Below, piece by piece: positions 12,548 through 26,666 of a stretch of 64,000 nucleotides of DNA (position 1 is its first letter; the number at the start of each line of letters is the position of its first letter). The notes under the pieces were generated by a model. It was given only the letters and a program-made list of their open reading frames with translations, was not told where the DNA came from and searched no databases. Origin of the DNA: Octopus bimaculoides (taxonomy: Eukaryota); the NCBI RefSeq assembly GCF_001194135.2, contig NC_068981.1, positions 132,273,445-132,337,444 of the forward strand, given 5' to 3'. Position numbers and translations under genes: made by a program.

Positions 12548-15500
12548 TGCTAATATAAATAATATTGTTGTTTAAGTTGAAAGTCAACCTTTGATTAAAA
12601 GTGTTCCAGCTACAACTATTCCATCTTATTTTAAGGTCAAGTGTATCTAGGATTCCATTATCCAGTGTATCCTTTTATTTTTTTTCTTGATGGTTGAGTG
12701 TGATTTGAAGGAGATATGACTTCTATTGCTAGATCAAAAAACAACATTATAAAGAATGGAATATCCTATTGCTACTTGTAACGAGAATGAAGAAACGAAT
12801 AATAAAGATAAACTCTAGCATAAAAACATGTCGATAATAAAATACAGTTACAACATTGACTTTCTGGGTAATGATGGTCTGGTGCCTCTTATAATCCACA
12901 CTAATTTACACTAATGTACATCATTATCATCATCATCATTTAACATCTGTTGTCCATGCTGACATAGAGTGGACAGTTTGATCAGGGCTGGTAGGCTGAT
13001 GGGCTGCACCAGATTTCAGTCTGATTCGGCATGGTTTCTACGGCTGGATGCCTTACCTAATGCCAACCACTCCAAGAGTGTAATGGATGCTTTTACATGC
13101 CACCAACATGGATGTCAGTTGTATGACACCAGTATCTGCCATGACTACGATTTCACTTGGCTTGAGGGGTCTTCTACTCAAGCACTACATATTGTCAAAG
13201 GTCTTGGTCATTTGTCATTGCTTCCATGAGGCCCAACGCTTAAAAGATGTTTTTTACATGCCACCGGCATGGGTGCCAGTTACGCGACACCAGCATTGGC
13301 CATGACTATGATTTCACTTGACTTGACGGGTTTTCTCAAGCACAGCATATTGCCAAAGGTCTCTTCATTTAATTATTGAAGTAAATGTAATATTTGCTTG
13401 ATTTAGAGTGTGATGACCAAGATGATCACCCCAAGATCAGAAATATCTGTAATCCAAAAAAGTTTTAAATCCAAAGGTTCATGAAAATTGATGTTGTACC
13501 TGTACTATGAAACCAAGATCTGTATTGAAGCTGTTGGCTTCAACAGTCAAATATATGCTTGATAGTATAAGGAAATAGGAAGTAATAGTTAAAAAACAAA
13601 GCAAAAATCTTAACCTAAATGGACAGTATATGTTATTTATTTATTATTCATTACATGCTAACTGAAAATCACATGTTCAGAGCAATACACGTGCCATGAA
13701 ATAATTAGGGTAGCATTTCATGATCAAGATCTGCTGCCCTATGTAATCTTTTATTTTTATGGAAATAAACTGTGGCATGAGAAATTAATGATTTATGAAA
13801 CAAATTCTTTGTTAATTACTGGTTTGACTGCTATCTTTCTAATGACGTATAAATTATTTAATTAGATGCCAGAATTAAAATTTTAAAGTTTTTATTGCTT
13901 CTGATATTTTCACATGAAGTAAATAAATTTTCCACAAAGCTGTCAGTCTAGATTTTCTCTTGTTTTTAAACATGCAACCTTGTGTAATCATATAAGTTTA
14001 TGAAAAATATGTTTGTTCACATGGGATAGCAAATAAATATTTGTAATCTTATTATAAATAAATGATTCATTTTATTTAATAAAAGCAAAATGTCCTCTTG
14101 GGATTAAAAAATCACAGTAAAGTCCATTCATACGAAACAACAATGTTGAAGTGGTGACAAGCATTACTTGCCAGTACAGTTACTGCTTTATCTCTTATAG
14201 AAATTTTATAACTAGCTGTTTTGCTTACTGCAAGATCAGCAACAGAATGTCACTTGATTTTCTATGTATTGCGAGCTGGAGTGAACAACTGCCATCTCTA
14301 GCAGACAAGGTGTCCTGCACTGAGGATGGGTAGAAATAGTCTGAAACCAAGCTGGTGTGTTGGTTCTGTCACTAGAAGGTGGTAGGGCTTCACTCCTCTA
14401 CTTGCAATATATCAGATGCAGGTTGCATTGTTAACCAGCTAGAGGAAATGTCCACTTGGGATTAAAAATCACAGTAATGTCTGTTTGTACAGGACAGCCA
14501 TGTTGAAGTGGCAGCAAAATATTTAAGTGTTCAGTGGTAATGAATGGTATCATGGTTAGTTGATAGAAACCTGAAAAATAATTTTTTGTATTTGTATTCT
14601 AAGTATTGCACTCATCAGATAAAATGGACTAAACATTTTTTAAATTACTAAATAAGAGTTTGGATGTGTGCAAGAATGAATGTGAGAATTACTTTCCTTA
14701 AAGTAGTCCAACAAAAGAATTAGTATTTAAAAATTATATTTTGTAAAGTTGTAATTGTAAAATTTTTATTAGATCATCCAAGAGAACATCAAAGTTCCAT
14801 AAGACTAGGTTATTATATTAATTATAAATTAAAACGTATATCTGTATAAGAAATTTAATTGGAAAGAGTATTTGAAAATAAAAAAACCGTAGAATACATG
14901 ACAAAGTAAATTTTTATTGTAGAGTAATAGATTATAAATGAAGTTAGGTTTTTTTTTAACATCTGGAATAATAATTAATCGAGTGTGATAAGTTTTTCAA
15001 CTTGATTTGTAGTGATGTTTTGACTCATTAATTAATCAAATTTAACATGTTTTTCATACAGTGAACTTTAACAAATTCAAGCATTTATAGTATAGCTGCA
15101 AACTGTTGTTAAAATATTGACAATGTTAATAGGAAATCTCATTAGATAACAATTTCAATTACCCTTTAACATTTAAACTTGCCATATCTGACCTAAATAT
15201 TCAATCTGTTTTATATTCAAACTGACCTGATCTGGCTTCTCGCACCTACCCTACAATTTCAGTCTAAAAATAACAATTACATCATCAAAATCTTGAGGCT
15301 ATGACATAATGCATGATCAATTCAAAACCATGTGAATTTAATAAGCTTTACATTTGACAGAGTTATCTGAATGCTGAATAGTTCAGTCTAATTTTTTCTG
15401 CTGTCTTTATCAAACTAATTTTATGTTGCCTTCCATGTTCAGCAAAAGAGACCAATAGAATCAATAGAATCAGTACCAGGCATAAAAAAAAAAAGCACTG

Positions 15501-15953
15501 AGGTCAATTCATTCAATGAAAAATTCTTCAAGGTGGTGCCCCAACATGGCCACAGTCTAATGACAGAAACAAGTAAAAGATAAAAAATATAATTATATGT
15601 ACATACATACATACATATATGTTTGTATATAGATGTGTGTGTGTATATGTATGTGTGTGTGTGTGTATGTATATATATANNNNNNNNNNNNNNNNNNNNN
15701 NNNNNNNNNNNNNNNNNNNNNNNNNNNNNNNNNNNNNNNNNNNNNNNNNNNNNNNNNNNNNNNNNNNNNNNNNNNNNNNNNNNNNNNNNNNNNNNNNNNN
15801 NNNNNNNNNNNNNNNNNNNNNNNNNNNNNNNNNNNNNNNNNNNNNNNNNNNNNNNNNNNNNNNNNNNNNNNNNNNNNNNNNNNNNNNNNNNNNNNNNNNN
15901 NNNNNNNNNNNNNNNNNNNNNNNNNNNNNNNNNNNNNNNNNNNNNNNNNNNNT

Positions 15954-16000
<47 letters not shown>

Positions 16001-16164
16001 TATTCCAGCTGTAGAAACTCTGCCAGATCAGATTGGAGCCTGGTGCAGCCATCTGGTTCGCCAGTCCTCAGTCTAATCGTCCAACCCATGCTAGCATGGA
16101 AGGCGGACGTTAAACGATGATGATGATGATATGTATATATATGTATATATATATATATATATAT

Positions 16165-16201
<37 letters not shown>

Positions 16202-16384
16202 GTATTTATATAGGTATGTGTTTATATGTACATGTATATGAAATTATATATATATATATCAACATGCATATATATATGTTGAAATTTCAACATCCATCTG
16301 ATGATATGCTCTATGATTGATCTGATTTGAAATTAGAATTAAGGTTTCTTTAGGTATCTAGAGTGTTTTCTTGAAATGCCCCGC

Positions 16385-16852
16385 TCCTTAGTGCTAGTAG
16401 GAGATTGGAATGATATCTTGGATGCATGCTTGGACTGTGTGGAGCTAGCCAATAGAAGAGGGGGTGCAATTTTTGAAGCTAGTAGGGTTGTCCAAAGATG
16501 ATGGCAAGAGGCCTGATGGGGATTACCCTTTAGTCTGGAGCTAAAGGTCGATGCCTTATATGGGATGTCACTGTCAGTCTCCTTTTATGTGTTACACATC
16601 CTCCATATTGTGGTGGAGGTGAGCATTGCTGCATCCATTGTTGTATAGACTGGGATATTGAAATACAATTATTTATCATTGATGGCATTCAAGACTTTGG
16701 AGGGAGCTAGACTGATGACAAGGAAATTTTTGTCATCTTTGGTTTTCTATTTCACTGGAATATCAAGTGACACTTGCTAAGATGCTTGGCTATTTCAACA
16801 CTTCAGTATCACAATCATCTGCAACAATGCTATGAACATTTTGGGCTCCTTC
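16385..16852 (+). mobile_element. Decayed non-LTR retrotransposon fragment: APE-like peptide followed by a CRE/R2-type restriction-like endonuclease C-terminus
   Basis: LVLVGDWNDILD; then LSKDDGKRPDG, GRCLIWDVTV, MAFKTLEG and WLFQHFSITIICNNAMNILGSF with frameshifts and stops. Confidence 0.65.
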
Positions 16853-19800
16853 AAGAAATTTTTAGAGTTGAACCCCTATATCCTACTTGTGTGATATATA
16901 ACTGAGGAGGTGTGAATTTTTCATTCCTTATTTTCTTGCATTGTTTACTCATCTCTACAATAAACCTAGTGCCATAATTAATTCTTAAGTAAGCTATTAA
17001 AGAAAGTCTTTAAATGTGTATAAAGAAGCTCACTTTATTGGTGACTTTGTTACATTTGTTGATTGCAAAAGTAATCAGCATGGGAAAATGTGATAGTTAT
17101 TTTAGTTTCATTAATATTATTGTCTGAAGGTAAAATTGTGCAACGTGACAAGGATATCACTTCCTTCTGATGAAAGCGGAAAAAAAAAAGAAACAAATAA
17201 AAAATTCATAAAATCTCATTGTTCTCATATATTCCAATTTCAAAGTTCATGATTTCTTCTTGAAAGCTTACCGAACTTCTCACGTGTGATGTATAAACGT
17301 TTCATGGCCAAGGTTGACTCTCCTACGTAATCTTTATTATTATTATGGAGATAATTTATGACATGAGAACTTGAGGACCCTTAAATAAACACTTGATTAA
17401 ATTCTGATTTCATTGCAATACTAGTGATGGTCTTCAGTTAATCTGATAAAGTAACTATTATTTTTAGCCTTTGCAAAAATTAACTTTACAGTTCAGTAAG
17501 TTCTGAATTCACTTTTCAATTTGACAAATTGAATTTCCTTGCAGATTCATTTTGTTAATATGAACATAATGTGTTGAAGACGGATTTTTGGAATAGTTAT
17601 CACAGATAAAATGGAATTTCTTGTTTTTTTTTTTTCAATATTTTTGGTTTTATAATATCCTACATTCTAACACACAGGCAATTTGCATTAAAAACATTTT
17701 TCTAATAAAAAAATCCGTTTTTCAAACTTAGTGCTCCCCTCCCTCACTTGATTGTGCCTTCAGAATATCTGTTACAATTGAGATGACTTTTTTTTTTCAT
17801 GCTATCTTTAATCATTTTATAATATCACCCACTCTGAAATGTTTAATTCAGACTAAAAGTAATTTCTTTTAAATTCACTTTTTAAAAAATATCTTGCCCT
17901 ATATGACACAAAAATTAAATGTAGTAAGCTGCTCAGTTGCTGGAGCTGCTAAAAATATCAAAGACTTACAGAAGTGGATATGTGAAAAAAAAAAATTGGA
18001 ATTTTGAAAGAAATATTTATAAAAGGTTAATTTCAGTTGTTTGAAATGTAAAAAAGATTATTTTTGATTTTTTTTTTTTTTTTTCTTAAAGAATGATAAT
18101 TTTGAGTGTGTGACAAACATTAATACTGAAAATACCTGAAAGGCATGATGAAGGGGTAAGTAAGGTGGGTTAACATTTAAAAAATATAGAGTTTTGGAAA
18201 AAATGATGAAAAATACCGATAAAAAATAATTCATTATTAATCACAACAGTTATTCTGAGGTGGAGGGTTAAGAAGTTTGAAAAACATGGATTTGTTAAAG
18301 ATATTTTTTGAAATGTGAGTTACATGTATCTTAGAAGGTGGGATATTATAAAATGATGAAAAATATCAATAAGAAAAAAAAAACTCAAATTATATTTTAT
18401 TCATGACGAAACACAAAAATTGACAGCAGGGTGTGATTTGAGGAAGATATAGCTGCTGTGTCTTCCATTTCAGGTACCTACCTAGAAATTCCCTCATTTG
18501 CAACTTGGTATATAACCTCTAACTCATTGATTATAAAAGTAATATGAATATTAAAAACGTGACAGTTTTAGCCTAGTTAACATTATTTTCTCTGTGTAAC
18601 GTGACAAAGAAACCAATTCCCTGAGAATGTTTATAATTTGTTATTTTTGTTTCTCATTGAAAGCCGAAGCCTCCAGTAACATATCACGTGTGGCATATAA
18701 ACGTTTCATTGCCAAGGTCTGCTCTACTGCCTACGTAATCTTTATTATTATGGAAATAACCTGTGACAGTGAGAAGATAAGAAGAATGAATTAATTAAAT
18801 ACTGGCTTGGCTGCCATACTATTTTGCTCCTTAACTTTTGCGTTGTCCTATGTGTGTTGGGGGTTGGGGGCGCATTCAGAGGCAGATGGGGTGAGAGACT
18901 GTGTGTATGTATGTGTGAATGATTGATAGTCATGTGTGTGCGAATGTGTGAGTGTGTGATAGGATGTGTGTACTGTGTTGGCAGTAATATAGGGCAGTGG
19001 GTTCTCAAATTGACAAATACTAGCCACTTCTGAATATTAGTGAATTTCTTTTGCTTCCCACCTCTTCATTTATGAGAAGACAAAATAGAATTTGCATCTA
19101 TGTAATTCTTCTTTCAATGCTATGGTATTAGGACTCTTGTTATCATATTTCTACTGAAATACATACACTGCCTTTGCTTCAATTAATTTTGAAATAATGA
19201 AGAATTTAGTAAAATAGCTTTTATCATTATTAAGCTGGTGTTTAGTTCATGGATCTGTTCCATCTCATGCACAGATTTTTTAATTAATTTTTTTTGGAAC
19301 AGATCCTTCATAAATGAACAGGAAATTTTAATGAAAGGTTTTAATTTAGTTCACTTTCAAACAAAGTTTTTATTATAGAACCAGGTGCAGTCTGATGTGG
19401 ATTGGTAACAAATGTATTAAAACTATCTTAAATTTATTAATATGGCAATTTGTCTGCCCCTCCCCTTTCAATCCTTTCAACTTCTCTGATATACATTACT
19501 ACAGATAGTTAATATTAGTTTCAGATTTTGGCACAAAGCCTCCAATTTCCAGAGAGTGGGTAAATTGATTATATCGATCTCACTGCTCAGTTGGTACTTA
19601 TTTTATCAACCCTGAAAGGATGAAAGGCAAAGTTGACCTTTGAAAGAAGGTTGAAATACCACAAAGCATTTTGCTTGGCATGCTAATGCTTCTGCTGGCT
19701 TGCCAACTTTTGATGGGATGAACTATTTGTTGGGGTAGCTGTCAGTTCACCTGTTGTCAGAATCCCACACTTAAATCAGGTAATCTGGGCTCTCCTATAT

Positions 19801-22414
19801 CATTGCTTCTCTATTGCATGTTGGTACAAGGAGGCAGTTGATTAAATTGACTTCTGGAAGGATGAGTATGAAAAACAGAGTTGATCTTAGCATGATTTGA
19901 ACACAGCTCATCAAGTGCTACAACAAAAAGTACTTTTGCTAATCCACCCACCTTTGACGTGATAGAAAAATATATATATTCTTAAAGTTATAAAATGTAC
20001 CCTTAATGAAAATTTGTTTTAGTGCTTAGTAATTTCTGACACTTTTTTCATATTACCTCAATGAATACTTCCTATCAGGGTACATTTGGTAGATGTAAAA
20101 CAAAAGAAGTGTCAAATGACCAAAGTAGAAAATGAATCCCTGTTTTCACTGAAGGGGATGATGTCTTATGATTTAAAAGCATATGTATTTATCTCATGGT
20201 TGGAACTGAGTAATATTGCTGTCAAACCAGTATTTTTTTCATTGTTTTTAACTTCTCATGCCACAGGTTATTTCCATATCAATAACGATTATGCAAGAGC
20301 TGAACCTGACAATGAAACGTGTATAAATCACATGTGATTCCATTGTTGTCTGCTTCACTATTTCTCGTGAGCACTTCTTTTGGGTTGCGAGGCATTTTGG
20401 CTCTGCTTTTTTTTTTTTCACAAGGAAAGGCTGTTAAAACCAGCTCTCAGCACAAATAAGTTCAGGGGTGAAAATTTACATATTTAGGGATCTTTGTAGG
20501 CAAAGAATATGTTCCATAGCAGGTTTGCATAAAATAAATATAAAATAGTAAAAGAAATTAAAATATATTTGGTAAATTATTTGTGTGTGTTCTAATGTAT
20601 TAAAATATAGTTAACTAATGGGAGGAATTATTGTCAGATTACTTGTTAAGCAGTATTGAGTGTAGCATGATTGATATTTGGAAACCCTTTTTGACTTGGT
20701 TATTAAGATACTACTCAAACTATGGCTTGTGCACAAAAGGGCTTATACCCCAAATCTTGTTTTTGAAAATGTAGGATCCAAAAAAGCCATAGGCAAAATC
20801 TGCTTAATACCTATAATTAAGACTTCAAAAGTCTCATTTAGTGAAATATGATTATGATGATCTGAAAAGTATTAGCTCATGCGTTTTCCAAGCACACTGT
20901 AATGTTTTTATATGCTATCATTTACTGGAATGTTCTAAAACAAATTACATATTCTAGACAGTTTATGTTCCACCAAATCACAAGTAAAAAAAAAACAAAC
21001 TTAAGGAAATTAATGAATACATTAAAATATAATTATATTATGTTACTGTCTAATACTGTTATTAAATTGCTGTTCAACCCATAAATTTAAAACATAAATC
21101 CTATATTAATTATTTCTCAGGGTTTGTTTCTTCTTCTTACATCCTTTCATTACCATTTTTGTTTCTTTTTAATGAAAAATTAGAAAGAAGAGAAGGGTAT
21201 ATCACAAAGACTGTGTAGCTCTCTAGGGCTAGAGTGTAATTTGGTCTTGGTATGGGTTTTTTTAGCAAGAGAGAGAGAGAGAAATTAATATAATACAAGA
21301 ACATATGGAAGACGAAAGAGATCCACAGAAATAGTTTGTGGATATTAACACTTTAGCATTTAAACTGGCCATATTTGACCAAAATATTATTCCTGTTTTA
21401 TTTTCAAACTGATCAGATTCAGCCTCTTACACTTACCCTACAATGTCATACTAAAAGTAAACAATCGCATCATTGAAATCTCAAAGCTACACGATAATGC
21501 ACGATGAATTAAAATCAAAGTGAATATAGAAGTATTGCATGTGATAGTGTAATCTAGATGCAAAAGGGTTAAACACTTTTTGAATTTTTTTAGAGAGAGT
21601 TTGTGAATATTAAACACTTTGGTTTGGGTTTTTTAGTTAGTGAGTGAGAGAGAGAGAGAAAGAGAGAGAGAGAGGGGGGAAGTATGGTGACAACTTGACA
21701 TATGGATATGTTTTCAGTTTGAGGTATTACAGTTTGCATTCATCAAATTTTAAAGAACAGAATTGATTATGTTAATAGGTAGTAAAAGAAGTAAAGGAGA
21801 TCTAATTAATATGAATGAGGTTGATGTGGAGAGATTGAAAAATACTTAAATAAGACATATTAATGAAATGAATAGCCTTCTTTTGAAGGCAGTCTAGGAT
21901 TCTAATGATTAAAAAAGCTGTGTTATTTCTAATATAGGAACATTCATTTATAATCACATAGAGACAACATATTTCTTAGTTTTGAAGAGAAAACTAAAAT
22001 AGACATTTCTGGAAATTTAAGTCTTAGAATGAGTAATGGAGGATAACCTTTGACTGAGAGTTTTTTTTTTTTTACAAGAACTGGGTGTATGGTGTGGATC
22101 TTTCAATATAATATTTGAGTTTTAAACTTTAGAGGATTGTCTGCTCCTAAGTTGTCTTAAATGGCTTTTCAACCAGAAGTACTGATGTAATAGTTTGATA
22201 TATAGTGAAGAGGGATGGAGTAATATATCATCATCTGGCATAAAATTGGGTAGCATTAACAGATTAATTGATAAATAGAAAATAAATTAATGGGCTGATG
22301 ATAGATTTTAGAGTGTTGGCATAAGATTTAAAATGGTAAGAAATTAAAATTAGGATTTCAATTCAGATAAGTACAAATTAGATAGGATGGAAATAGATAA
22401 ATTTTACAAGACTT

Positions 22415-22563
22415 CTGTGTGGCAAGAAGTTTGCTTCTTGACCATATGGTTCCAGGTTCAGTTCCTCTGTGTGGTACCTTGGGCAAGTGTCTTCTATTAT
22501 AGCCCTAGGCGAACCAAAGCTTTGTGAGTGGATTTGGTTGGCAGAAACTGAAAGAAACCCATC

Positions 22564-22596
<33 letters not shown>

Positions 22597-22775
22597 ACAA
22601 CTGGTGTTGGTTTGTTTATATCCTTGCAACTTAGTGATTTGGTAAAAGAAATGAATAGATTAAGTACCAGGATTCAAAAATAAGTACTGGGGTTGATTCA
22701 TTTGGCTAAAACCCTTCAAGATGGTGCTCTAGCATGGCTACAGTCCAGTGACTGAAACAAGTAAAATTTAAATGA
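22415..22775 (+). mobile_element. SINE family A
   Basis: Same head and body as 7188-7597. Confidence 0.8.
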
Positions 22776-23841
22776 TAAAAGAAAGATATATGACAGGATT
22801 TTACAATGCTACATTGATCCCTATATTAATTCACCTTTGTATCAGTATTATTGATTAATTTTCGATAAATACCTAGTAATCCTTTAGTTTTTAGAGCATC
22901 AATAAATTTTTCACAGCAAAAAAAGTAGATGCATTAATATAGGAATTGAAGAAAGTAACAAGTTCCCCTTAAATATTTTAACGAGCTGAGAAACTTTCCA
23001 TTTTAAACTTTGGTGCAAGAATTTGGTTGTTTTTATTATGTCCTAGTTGTTTTGCATTCATATTATGTTAAATAATAAAATTTTGTCTTTTTTAATGATT
23101 AATTAGTCTTAAGTACACATTTTATTAATTAACTGTATTAAAAATGATCACCTTGGTTTTAATAGCTTATTTTGTTTGATGAACCAAAAAAACAAAAAAA
23201 AAACAAACATAGATTCTAATTAAATAATCAAGTTCAAGACTATGTTATAATTCCAGTAAAAAATTATTCTGTGAAAGAATAATGAAAGTAGACCAAAGAA
23301 AACAAAATTCACTAAACTGAGAACGTGACTCTCTTGACATGTGACTTTCAGCTACATTTTAGACACGAGTCACATATCACACTTGCTTCATATATGCAAC
23401 ACTTAAAAGTTTATGATATATAAATTGCACTATGTAACCCTGCTATTGTTTTAATCTCTTAATTAGTATCAACAATTTATATATTCTTTGTTACGTATCT
23501 GCTTGGGAAAATTAAGTTTCAAGTTCACTGCTCCAATTACTAAAACAGTATGAGAATTTCTCACTCATTACTATAAGACAATAAGATTGTTCATGTTTTT
23601 TGAGAACGATACTATATTTTTAGGGTTTTTTAATTATTCATCTCTTTGTTTGTTCATTAGAAAATTATTTACTCTAGCTTCTTTTGTTCTCACTTTCAAT
23701 TACCATAATTATTTCCTCTACTTATATATGACTTTCAAATTAGATTCTGTTCACATTCAGAACTTTGCAGTCTGATGTTTAACACCACCACATTCTTATT
23801 CCATACTTGAAGGATATTTTTTCCAACGTTCACCATAAATC

Positions 23842-23875
23842 ATGGAAGCAGTATCTGATTTCTTATCCCGACATG
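23842..23875 (+). CDS. FMNL: Exon 1 (putative start exon; exon likely begins at 23771), MEAVSDFLSRH
   Basis: Acceptor ctttgcag at 23770, ATG in aatcATGG context with an in-frame TAA at 23836-38, donor G|gtaaaa in phase 1 matching exon 2. Confidence 0.65.
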
Positions 23876-26631
23876 GTAAAATACAAATCTTGTGTCATTT
23901 TTACTAATTTGTTTTATTAGTTATAACATATTGATGGACATTTATCTTTCATTATTGAATTGTAATTTTCATTTTCTTTTACTGTTTTTTAACCTTTGAC
24001 TGTGGAAATCAGATATATTCACTCAGAATTTCATTTTCCTTAACTGCAGAAAGCAGTTCAGAGATATGAACATAAAATTTCATTATCATTAACTGCAGAA
24101 TGCAATTTTAGAAACCAGTCTATCTTTTGTTGCGGAATGTCATCTTTGAAACTATTTTCCATTGAGATATGTCAAGTTTATTGAGGCAAAGTGACTTGCA
24201 AAAAATACCAATTTTATTTTTTGGTAGATATTTAACATCATTACAGGAAAAACCACGAAATTTAATCTTGCAGTTAATGGATTAAAGTTTAATACTGTAT
24301 TAAGCAGAACTATTGATTAGATATACATTCATTTTATCAGGAACCGAAAATCTTCAGAAATTCTTCTCAAAGTTCTTGATACTAGATAGAATTATTCCAG
24401 TACAGTTGTTTTAGTTCCTCACACAATCTCAGATCAATTCACTTGCTAAACAAATACAACTCGATTTACAATATCACTTCTGCCTATGTTACATTGATGC
24501 ACCACACTGTTGAACACTTGATTAAATTCAAATATTTGATATCTGAAACTGATTATACACTTTCTGTACAAATATAAATCTCTTCTCCATATTATTACAT
24601 AAATATTTAAATGAATGTTAAACTAAATTTATGCATACTCAACTTCTAACGGGCAACATTGAAACAATCTGATAGGGACCGCAGAAAATAGACTTTTATA
24701 TTATGAATAAGAAATTGTTATCTAGTAATATTTCATAGCAGCATGCTCAACTATTTTAATTACAGTTAGTTGTGAGATCCAAGAAAAGTCAAAAGCAATA
24801 CCTTTGGTAGCGAATCATGAAATCGAAGAAATTAAACTGATAAGCTATGGTTGGTAAACTCAAAAAGTTATGACCTGCAACCAAATAGGATATGATAAAT
24901 TTTAACTTGTGGATAAGTTGGCAGCATTCTATAGCTCTATTTGTCTTTCTGTGAATGTGGACTCTCAGAGCCAGCAGCACTTGGAATAGGTAGCATAGCA
25001 TGCCAAAATGCAAGAGAATGATTGTAAAATTTAAATGTTTATATTGCTGTTCTTTAAATTATTTTGCAGTCATTATATATGATCATATATATATACTAAG
25101 TGTATTACTATAAATGTTGAAATTTGAAACGTAATTGTGTCAGTTAAATATAGTTTGAAAAGTGATTAAAGTGATATCAACAAATGTATTATCAATAAAT
25201 GCTGTAATTTCGTGGAAATTATTTTGAAATTTTGAACGTATATGAGATTATATTCAATGCAACTTAGAAGATTTAGATTTATTATTAAAGAGCCAATTGA
25301 AAGTTGAAAGAAATAGGATATAGAATAGTTAAGTACCAAAGGTATTTTATTAAAAACTTTCATGAATATGAAATAGAGGGAAAGTATAGTAATTATTAAA
25401 ATATTTGGTGTTTGTTCACTCTTTTTTAAAATTGTTTTTTAAATTTCAACTTTTAATGTAAAAATAATGATTGTTAGATAATATAATTTAAAGAATTTAT
25501 ATATCTATGAAGAATATAGCTGTCTACTTGGCTCTGTCTTGTAGTATGTTAAATGTCTCACTGAAAAACATTTAAGTTAAGACTGGATAGGAGTGTAGAT
25601 TAGAATATGTCAAAACCATTAAATATGAAATTAAAGAAATCTGAGAAATGCCTGATTCTGATTCTGCAATGCAGCATGGAGCAGAGACTCTTGTATCACA
25701 AGAGAAGATTACAATTACTTAGTGATGATAAATGTTTGGTATAATGTCTTATGCAGAATAAATGTCAGCATAACAATGCATAATACCTCATCACAGTTTC
25801 ATTAATGAATATTGCTCTTGATTTATTATTGTGGAAATTGATATGAAAATGTAGTATTGACAAAAGAATTAACTACATAATTTGATGAGGATCCTGTTAT
25901 TACAAGTAAAACAATACACTGAATAAGAAGGTAGTTCCAATATGATTAAATAGATTATCACCACCACCACCACCACCACCATCATCATTTAATGTCCATG
26001 ATTTCTGAAAGGGTTAAATATTATTTGCCATCAACTTGTTTGCTTTCCTCATTTCTATTTCCAGTGTTATACCTCCTAGTTCACATTTTGCTGACCATGA
26101 GTTCTAAAACTGATATAGGGTGGTCTGAATATGTATCACAACCCAGTGGGCCAAAGTAGCATAAAAACATATGCATGCTAATGTTGTCTCTTTCGACAGC
26201 AAGAAAACACAAACACTTATCATTAAAAAAAATGTTATTGTACCATAAACCCCTTAATCAGGAGTAGTACTGAACTAGAGCCTTCAGAATAGCTTTAATT
26301 GTTGGGTTTAGTTGAACAAATCAACTCCAGTACTTATTTTAAGTCTGGTACTTATTCTGTTCTAGGATCTTTCTGAATTGACGGGCACCGTTTTCACCTC
26401 AATAGATGTCAGTGATTGGTTGAAATTACCGAAATACGACAATTTTTACATGAAATAACTTTGAATACAAAAATTTTTATCTGTTCTATAACACAAAATA
26501 TACAAGTATATGAAGTTTGAAAGTGTTTCTGTACCAAAAACACTACATAAAACATAAATGAAAAGTGGTGCCCATCAATTCAGAAAGATCCCTGTTCTAT
26601 CATCCTCTTTTTTAAGTTACAGTATGCATGC

Positions 26632-26666
<35 letters not shown>

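Noticed and set aside
20318-20365. TATAAAT plus palindromic ATCACATGTGAT as a core promoter
   Set aside because: TATA-like words are common in this AT-rich DNA, the spacing to an Inr-like motif is off, and there is no other support
24341-24420. Possible extra exon after ttttatcag
   Set aside because: Stops occur in all three frames before any donor
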